Positions 53,761 through 64,000 of a stretch of DNA of 64,000 nt are shown here, piece after piece. The DNA lies in contig NEEC01000004.1 of NCBI GenBank assembly GCA_002189035.1, positions 2,170,001-2,234,000 of the forward strand. Reading direction: 5' to 3'. The DNA is from Utricularia gibba (taxonomy: Eukaryota > Plantae > Magnoliophyta). How positions within the stretch are numbered: the stretch's first letter is position 1; every line of letters begins with the position of its first letter. A program made the position numbers and the translations under genes. Below the pieces are notes generated by a model. The model did no database searches. It was given only the letters and a program-made list of their open reading frames with translations, and had not been told where the DNA came from.

Positions 53761-54806
53761 GGTGCTGTCTCCGCTGCTTTCAGTTCGCTGAAGTAAATTA
53801 GGCCCATCCAAATTGGGCCCAACCCAATTTTTAGTGCGCTAGTTTTATACTAATGGTCGGCCCAAATATATCACACTCTTTTGCAATATATATTTTTTAT
53901 TTTTTCTAAAAGTAAAAAATAAAATATATAAAAGTACAAATACAATTCTTGATGTTCTTCAGAAATATTTTTTAAATGAAATTTATAAAAAAAACTAAAT
54001 AATATTTTACTTTTAATTTTAAATTATGTACAATATATATTCAAAATATTTTTGATAGAAATTGTTAATGGCAAAAATCAGTGTCAGGGTTGTACCGATT
54101 TTCGGGTTATGGGTGTGACCGGAAGCGGTGTATCCGATTTAGGTTCATGTGTTATAAGTAATTCGAGAAGACAAGTTTTTTACGTGGAAACCGTCATAGA
54201 ACGGAAAAACCACGGAACTATCGGAGCTTGTCGGAAAAAAAGTCTTCACTAGATGGAGGTGGGGAAAAAAACACAAGTTGGAGGGCTTAGAGTCTAACCC
54301 CTTATTTTCAAAGTTTTTCCTACTTATAGTAGAGGTCGATATGACTGAATCCTGAATTCTGTTGATGTCACTTGTTTTCTGTGCCTGTACTGTGATTCTA
54401 TTTTTAGATAATCGCCGCCTACTTTGTCACAATTCGGCCATTTTTCAGACTGTGCAATACGGGCACTACTGTCAAATCTCTGACACATATCGCTCTGTCG
54501 ACCGACGTTATTCCATCAGAACACCTTTTAACAGTTTTTCAGATATCGATTAATCACACCCTATTGGTACCCCATCATAAATAAAAATAAATAATATTTT
54601 ACGAATAAATAATTTCTTATTTTCAAATAATAAATGTAAATTACACATCAGAAAACATTTTTTTGTGTTTTTGGCAAAGCGGGGAAACAAGAGATTATGA
54701 AAGAAAGAAATTATAGGAGAATATTATAATAAAAATGGAGTAAATTACACGTCAGAAAATCCACCCTATCACAATTATCATTCGGATTGCGCATTTCACC
54801 AACGGA

Positions 54807-54839
54807 CCAATAAATCGCGAGATTGCTTATCCGACGTGG
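54807..54839 (+). promoter_or_regulatory. Light-responsive module: CCAAT (54807-54811), I-box core CTTATC (54826-54831), ACGTGG G-box-like (54834-54839)
   Basis: Motifs clustered about 115-145 nt upstream of the LHCB5 ATG, as is typical of Lhc promoters. Confidence 0.6.
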
Positions 54840-54953
54840 CAGTCAAGCATCCACATGATCATAGTTCCCTCGTTGCAAATATGGGGTGGAGTTTCACATC
54901 CATGCCCATCCTCCACTAGTAAACTTGTTTCTCTTCGTCTTCCATTCTGCTCA

Positions 54954-56217
<1,264 letters not shown>

Positions 56218-56481
56218 TCCCGATCAACTTCATGTCTGAGGAATTGATAATCAACTCTTTTTTAAAGCAAGTGAAACTCCCTAGTTTGTGCCACATTTTA
56301 TTACATCGCAATGGCCACAGGCTCACATGAAACTTACCTAACGGCATTGCCATCAACGTGAAAATGCAAGCATCTGAGATTGAAAAAGTCCGATGTCCCG
56401 CCGGAAAAAAAGGGGATACCTCATTCGCATTACGAGCATAAATGCTGGATCGCAGATGAGTGAGTTCACCAGGAGGAGTAG

Positions 56482-57727
56482 ATGGCGGACAACACCTTGT
56501 TGCTTCTGTTGACGGCGGCTATTATGGCCGTTGGAGAAGTCGGGTGTGCATATCCTCAGGCGACCGCGCTGTTCGTGTTTGGCGACTCCCTGGTGGATAA
56601 TGGGAACAACAACTTCATCAATTCAGTTGCTAGATCCAACTACTATCCATACGGCGTCGATTCTGAACAAGGTGCCACCGGAAGATTCTCCAACGGCAAC
56701 ACCTTCGTCGATTACTTGGGTACGCATGCTTATTGTTTCTATGAGTTTCCCATGAAAGGAGAAGAAATTCATGTCGTCGGTTTTCCAAAGGTGCGTGGCT
56801 GGGGTTTCCAGCACCCCCTGCCTTTTCCGATCCCGCTACAACCGGAGCTCGAATCCTTGGAGGAGTTAATTATGCCTCCGCCGCTGCCGGCATCCTCGAT
56901 GAAACGGGTCAACATTACGTAAGAATTTACGAGTTTACCAAACAAAAACCAACCGAAGAAGTTGTAATAATCGGCCCCGTTGTGCGTAGGGAGAGAGATT
57001 TTCTCTGAGCCAACAAGTGGTGAACTTCGAGACAACTCTAAGCCAACTCCGAGAAATGATGACCGGAGCAAATCTCACAGACTATCTTTCAAACGCTGTC
57101 GCGGTTCTCGTCTTCGGCAGCAACGACTACATCAACAATTACCTCCTCCCCAACATTTACCCTGCAAGCTTCAACTACAATCCAACGCAATTCGCGAACC
57201 TCCTTCTCACACATTACTACCGTCAGATAACGGCGCTCTACAGCGTCGGCCTCCGCAAGTTCTTCATCGCCGGCGTTGGGCCTCTCGGCTGCATCCCCAA
57301 CCAGTTGGTCGCGTGGCAGGCACCGGCAAAGAGATGCGTCGACTACGTGAACCAAATGGTGGGTACTTTTAACCAGGGACTAATCTCACTCGTAGATTCC
57401 ATGAACAATGGAACCAACGGTGGGGGGATGTTTTTGTACGGGAACTCTTACGGTGCAATGGGCGAGATGCTGAACAATCCGGCGAAGTACGGCTTCTCGG
57501 TAGTTGACAGAGCGTGCTGTGGGTTGGGGCAGAACCAGGCGCAGATGACGTGCATGCCGTGGTCGCCGCCCTGCAACGATCGGAATCGGTATGTTTTCTG
57601 GGACGCGTTTCATCCGACGCAGAACGTGCATGCGATTCTGGCGCAGAGGGCATATGCAGGCACGCCTTCCGATTCTCATCCCATGAATGTTCAGCAGCTG
57701 GGTGTTATCAAATTCACGCTTCCCTGA
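56482..57727 (+). CDS. GDSL esterase/lipase (At1g71250-like), 3 exons
   Basis: Signal peptide; FVFGDSLVDNGNN; TGRFSNG; GVNYASAAAGIL; GSNDYINNY; GPLGCIP; catalytic WDAFHPT. Confidence 0.93.
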
Positions 57728-59707
57728 CTGCAACTGGGATCAGAATCGAAAATTTGAAATGATGTGGATCAACTGGGATCAACCTGATAACTGTTTCTCG
57801 ATTTAAAATATCAATTTATTTGATGTTTTGTTTAATTCTCAATCACTATAATTAAAATTATTTTTATTGATAAGATAAGATTATAAATGATGAAATAAAA
57901 TAAGACTATAAATTACTATATAAGATAAGATCACAAATGATTAGATAAGATAATGTTATAAATAATTAGATAAAATAAATTTAATATTCCATAAAAGATA
58001 TATTTGAGTATATTCTGCATAAAAGTTTCAATAAATTGCTTATTTGTGGGATAAGTTTTGACATTATTCAAGCTTTAGTTTTCATACTCCTTATTTTATC
58101 ATCGTAATAATTTCATAATTAGAATTGAAGTTATTTAAAGATTTTTAATTACAAAATATTTCTGACTAAAAATCAATTAATTATATTTAATTCTAAATCA
58201 TTTATCAATTAACAACATGGAAATTAACATATATTCTAATTGTATTTAAAACTATTATTTTAAAAATTATAAATGTATCTGATCACTAAATTAAGAAATT
58301 TTTTATGACAATATTAAAACGTAAAAAAAGTATTTGACACTAATTACCCAATTTTCTGTGTAAATAAAATAAAATATTATTTTTAGTTCTTATGATTTGC
58401 TTTTTAAGAGGTTTATGATTTTATCTATAAAATTATATTAGTTTACTATGAATAATATTATGCTATTTATTTATAAAGAAATTTTAGTATTTGTTGAACA
58501 CTGTAGTATTTATTAAAAAACATTTGAAATATAAATTATAATTAAAATTATATAAAAAGATTTGAGTATAATAACATAATGAATTACAAAAAAGGTAATA
58601 CTCATTTTTAAATAAAACTAACTCATTTATTATTTGCTATTGAAATCATGAAATACTTCCAACCATCTCTAGTTTATTGTTGCGGTCCTCTTCCTGGTTA
58701 TTTGGTGTGCGAATCTCTACGGCGATTGCCGGTGACGATCAACTTCGCTTACTCCGCTTTTGGAGACGATCAGAACTTACCTGCCTCTCTTCCTGTTTTA
58801 GTGTTATTGCATTTCTTCCATCATTATCCATGGATTTCCCTCTTATTCCCTCCCACATACCTGGAAAAAAGTTGCATCTTAGAAGCCCCTTTTTAGAATT
58901 TTTTGCTTATTCCCTCCCAGCAGCCTGTGCTCTCTTGCGATCAGCACTGGATTTTCTTCTCTTTTTTCATATTGGTAAGCAATTAGTAGAAGATACGAAT
59001 GATTTTGTCCAAACTCCGACCTCTCCAATCCAAAGTAAAGCACCAGCGACGAACTTTCCATGGATAGGCATCCTCAAGGTGATTCAGTATGAGAAAGTGA
59101 TGTAGTATTATGAATGAACGGGTATACGGAGTTTAAGGTGACAAAAGTTCCATGGAAATCTCTGTACCTCTCATAATTGTTTGAAAGATTTAATCATCTC
59201 AAGGTGCATTTGTAAACCATGCTGCTAAAATATTATTTTTATGATGATGTAAGCGTTGACTATGATGATGGGGAGAGGGGGAGGTGATTTTGTAGAACCG
59301 TGAGACTAAGCCTCCCTCCATGTACCTGAACCAGAATATCTCCATCATTCATAGACTTCCTTTTACCTAACTTCTACATTCAATTTCTGGTCTTTGATTT
59401 TTTTACTCAGATATCATTTTGATCAAGATTAAGGTTGTTTCTTAAGCTGTCTAAGGCGTTTTTTCGTAAGGGGATATCACCACATTATCAATAAATGTAT
59501 AAATACAATCGATTCTGGGTTTCGTTGGAGGGATTTGTGTTGAAAGGTTGAATTGTGCTCACACCAAAGGGAATTTTGTGCCCTTTGGTGGGATCCTTTT
59601 CTCTTTAGAAGCTCTGATTTTTATTCCTGTTCTGATTTGCATTTGGCCGCGTGAATGATTGTATGTTTTGAGGTTGTAAAAGCTGGTTTCACAGAATTTT
59701 GTTGGAG

Positions 59708-62184
59708 ATGGGCAGCTTTTGCTGCAAAGAATCAAATGCCAATGATCATGTCTTTGAGAAGGGAAATGAGAGCGAAAAAACTGCATCCGAATACCCTGTG
59801 CCTGTGATTGCTCCTTTGAATAAGAATGAAGGGAAAGAACCTGAAAACACCAAAAACGAAGGTTCACTTCCTTCAAAGTCCAAGAGAATTAGAGATTTTA
59901 ATGTGGATTCTGCAGTCTCTGAAAAATCTGAGATAATTGGGAAGACAATGGTAATTGAAAGGCCTGAAAATGGGCACCGGAGACATTCTACGTTGGATTT
60001 AGGACATTTCAATGGCAGCCAACAGGCGTTTCCTCGGATTGCTAGCATGCCTCATGGATGGAAAACTGAGCAAGTCGTAGCTGGGTGGCCATCATGGCTA
60101 GTTTCTGTCTCTGGAGAAGCGGTGAAAGGATGGTTTCCTCGTAGTGCCAATTCATATAAGAAGTTGGACAAGGTTAGTTCTAACAAGTTATTTTTGGATT
60201 ATGAATATTGTTTAAATCAGTTCATTGGCCTCGCTGATTTTAGTCATGCCATTATGCAGATTGGACAAGGAACTTACAGTACTGTATACAAAGCGCGCGA
60301 CCTTGAGAATGATAAGTATGTAGCAATGAAAAAAATAAGGTTTGTTAATATGGATCCAGAAAGTGTCCGTTTCATGGCGAGGGAGATTTGCATCCTTCGG
60401 AGGTTAGATCACCCAAATGTTATGAAACTTGAAGCAGTGGTGACATCAAGGGTCTCAGGAAGTTTGTACCTCGTGTTTGAATATATGGAACATGACGTTG
60501 CAGGACTTCTAGCATCTCCAAAGGTCAAGTTTTCTGAGCCACAGGTTTGTTTTGCTTTTGGCTGCTGCTTTTAAAACAAGGATTGCTATTCAATGCTACT
60601 ACTCTGAAATGAGATTTGCAGGTTAAATGCTTGGTAAAGCAACTTTTATGTGGACTAGAACATTGTCATACTAGAGGTGTTCTTCATCGTGACCTTAAGG
60701 GCTCAAATCTTCTCGTAGACAATAATGGAGTTCTCAGGATTGGAGATTTTGGGCTAGCTAACTTCTTTGGCCCTGGTCAAAAGCAGCCTTTAACTAGTCG
60801 GGTTGTGACACTCTGGTACCGAGCTCCAGAACTATTGCTTGGTGCCACAAATTATGGACCTGCCATTGATCTATGGAGTGTTGGCTGCATTCTTGCTGAA
60901 TCCTTCGCTGGAAAGCCTATAATGCCTGGTAGAACTGAGGTGATCTTGATTATTTTGGATGCTTTTTTGCATGCTTTTGTTTTGTCTTCAGAAGTTGACA
61001 TAATGACGCATTTCCTGCAGGTGGAGCAAATGCACAAGATATTCAAGCTTTGTGGTTCACCTACTGAGGGATACTGGAAGAAGACGAAGTTACCTCATGC
61101 TGCCAGCTTCAAATCGCAGAGCCACCACAAACGCTGCATTTCAGATGCTTTTAAGGACTTCCCTCCTTCGGCGTTGGCTCTTGTCGACATTCTACTGTCG
61201 ATTGATCCTGAAGAAAGGGGACTGCCGCTTCTGCCCTAAAAAACGCGGTACTCGACAGTTACCTTACCGTGTAAACCGTCAGCATGTCCTCGAATTTCAT
61301 GATATTCCATCCCTGACTAATTTATGGTGTTTTCTTCTCAGTGTTTCACGAGCAATCCTCTGCCATGTCATCCATCTAGTCTGCCAAAGTATCCTCCTAG
61401 CAAGGAACTTGATGCCAAGATTAGAGAGGAAGAAGCCAAGAAGTAAGTTGTTTGAAAAAAAAACGTGGAGAATTATGGATGTTATATCCTGTTTTTGTTT
61501 TTTCTTTTTTCTATAGACAAAAAGAAGAGAGCGTTAAAGGACGCATCGAGCATACGGGGAACAATTCAAGCCAGAAGAAATACAACCACGAACCACAGGT
61601 TCTGTAAGCTTCTTCAGTTATGCTTCTGGTTCATGTCCATGATGTAGTTTCCAACAGCAGGGGCACTCCAGCAAGTGCACAAGCTACAAGTACAATGGAG
61701 TGGAAGACAGTGGAACTGGCTTCCCAATAGAGCCCCCAAGAATCAAGAATCGTATCTCTCATTCAAACTCAGTGATCCACCCCAATGCAGTTGGATACTC
61801 TTGGAGCAAAAAGATGCAGGATGATTCTTCTTGTCCTTCGGTCTCCTCCTGGATGATGAGTTCTCATCGATCACACCCCCCACAATCCATCCTGGACCCA
61901 GTGGGCTTTCATCCAAAGCATGTCCCCCCTCGGATAACATCACACAACGATTCAACGGTATGTTCTCATTACCCCACATTACAAGGTTTCATTTTGGAAG
62001 CTCTACTGTTTCACTTGATGTTTTCCAGGGTTTCCCACCTAAGAGAAACAGGATTCTTTTCTCGGGGCCATTGGTGCCTCCTGGTGGGAACATGGAAGAC
62101 ATGCTAAAGGAGCATGAGCGGCAAATACAAGAGGCGGTTCGCAAGGCCAGGGTCGAAAGAAGCCGGACGATGCACGACAAGTGA
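59708..62184 (+). CDS. CDK-like Ser/Thr kinase (CDKL/CKL, At1g09600/At1g54610-like), 8 exons; 1-bp frameshift at 61217-61220 as assembled
   Basis: MGSFCCK N-terminus; GWPSWL; IGQGTYSTVYKARDL; PESVRFMARE; HRDLKGSNLL; DFGLA; VVTLWYRAPE; LPKYPPSKELDAK; SGPLVPPGGNMEDMLKEHERQIQEAVRKAR. Confidence 0.9.
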
Positions 62185-63465
62185 TAAGGATTACATCTAA
62201 AACGAAGCAAAAGAAGATTCATCACAAATCTGTGCTGCTGCTGTGAGGTAGTAACCTTTGTTCAAGCGACTAGGCGTCGCATTTAACCTCAATGTATTTC
62301 AGTGGACGAAGGTGGCTGCTGCAGCCCAAAGAGCAAAGACTTGCGAAAGTGGTAACAGAACCGACAAACTACTGCCCCCTGCGGGCCTCATCACTCATTA
62401 GGTTTGATGTGTTCAACTCTCAAACTTAGGAGCCAAGTAACTGAAAACTGATTAATAAGTTGACTTCATTAACCAGTTACCAATTATAAATTTAATAATT
62501 GAAAATAGATTAATCGCGAATCCTTCCCTATCAACACTTGTTTAATTAAATGCCTTGATTTTCAGTTCACGCGTACTTGTATGATTAATTTTACATTCCA
62601 GAGTCTTTTTGGAAAAAAATAAAAATTTTAAGTGCTCATTAATTAATTCTATCGACAATATTTTTTTTAAATTTTTTTTTGTAATAAAAAAATGAGTAAC
62701 CAATTGTTTCTATTTTGTTTAATATAAATCATCAATTAATGGAAGGATTGCTATTTATAAGCAGTGACGTAAGATAGACGGTAAAATTAGACGTATATCC
62801 CCTGCTAATTAAATTTAAATGATTAATATTTTTTAAAAAAGCTCAAAAAATTCAACAATCATCCTTTTAATACATTCTTCGTATTCTACCCGTGTCTTAA
62901 GTTTAACTATTTACCATGTTTTTCATGTTTATAATTATACCACTATTTGTTTATGTGTGCTACAAAAAAAGGAACTAGTTAATTTAAACCACAATAAGAC
63001 AAACAAGCACAACATTTTGGAACAAAATTTGTATTAATTAACCATATAGAAACAATTTTAACCACTAACTTCTCCCAAATATGAATCATTTAGAAAATTG
63101 ATTATTGTCACATTCTCTCTTACACACTTAATAAAAAAATACACATAATATGATTATTTTTTATATAATGTTTGAGACATAGTCAAATTTTTATTTCATC
63201 CCCAAAATACCCAAATGCAACTAGTGGGAAGGAACATGGCGATTAGAAAGTATTTAGATGTGTGCTGAAGACGTGTACTGCACGCTATTGAAAGAAACCC
63301 CCTGCAAATTTGATTAGCCAACCGGATGACCATTTGCCAACATAAAGTAATTATAGGCGTGTCGTCGTCAGTCTTCACGTAATCGCCACGCCGGCCCTCC
63401 CCAGCCCAGCCCCTCCCTCCTCTTCTGTCACACCTTCGCCCAACTTTTCAAATTTCTTGGAAGGG

Positions 63466-63474
63466 AAACCCTAA
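63466..63474 (+). promoter_or_regulatory. Telo-box (AAACCCTAA) in the DRP2 5' region
   Basis: Exact motif about 115 nt upstream of the ATG. Confidence 0.5.
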
Positions 63475-63586
63475 CCGTCTTCCTTCTTCGATCTCCACGC
63501 GGTTCAGTGGATCTGTGGTTTGGATCCTGTGCTCTACGTCTTCTTTCTCGCGTCGGGCTGGCTGCGGGGGTTTTTGATAGCAGAAA

Positions 63587-64000
63587 ATGGATGCAATCGA
63601 TGACCTGTGCCACTTATCCGTCTCCATGCGCCAGGCTGCGGCGCTGCTTGCCGATGAAGATATTGACGAGGCCTCGTCATCTAAGCACCCATCCACTTTC
63701 CTGAATGTAGTTGCGCTAGGCAACACTGTGAGTATGGATTTTTGCTCTGAGTACTGACTGACTGCTAGTGGTTAGATGTCTTATCTTGCCTGACTTTCGG
63801 AATGGGATCGGAATGAAACCGCGATCCTCGTTAATTCTAGAGGAAAATCGTTTAGAAGTTTGCGTGTGTGCGAAAGCCTATGCCGGATGGCTTGCTCAAT
63901 CTAAGGAATTTACATTTGAATTGAAATGCTCATCCAATTCCCTAATGCCTTTTCAGGGGGCAGGTAAGTCGGCAGTTTTGAATAGTTTGATAGGGCATCC
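63587..64000 (+). CDS. DRP2: Dynamin-related protein 2, 5' end (exon 63587-63727, then 63957 to the window end)
   Basis: [28 protein letters not shown]...[12 protein letters not shown]|[15 protein letters not shown], including the P-loop. Confidence 0.92.

Noticed and set aside
57089-57762. Overlapping ORFs around GDSL exon 3
   Set aside because: Antisense or alternative-frame artefacts of GC-rich coding DNA.
58648-59105. ORFs in the kinase 5' leader as conserved-peptide uORFs
   Set aside because: No match to CPuORF families I know; composition is typical of a CT-rich leader and intron.

Overview
Plant nuclear DNA, probably eudicot; the species cannot be determined from the sequence. Compact GC-richer genes with short introns are separated by very AT-rich, heavily decayed transposon DNA. 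Apparently intact genes: a PLS/E-class PPR, a MIR171 hairpin, phospholipase D delta, a prostaglandin-E-synthase-2-like glutaredoxin/GST protein, a small LYR-motif protein, a CLV1-like LRR receptor kinase, a DUF615/YjgA-like protein, LHCB5, a GDSL lipase and the 5' end of a DRP2 dynamin. A thaumatin-like gene and a CDK-like kinase are complete except for single-base frameshifts. Three host genes are decayed pseudogenes (BAG6-like, sarcosine oxidase, prolyl oligopeptidase). Mobile DNA includes hAT, Copia and Gypsy remnants and a Pack-MULE-like element. The most interesting signal: two unrelated genes (PLD-delta and CLV1) each carry an extra 76-83 nt intron in a normally uninterrupted long first exon. 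Both introns sit at a CAG|GT (Gln|Val) site, start GTAAC and end AAG, suggesting lineage-specific intron gain. The three frameshifts are all 1-bp losses in G/C homopolymers and look like assembly errors. All homology calls come from motif recognition and remembered sequences, not database searches.
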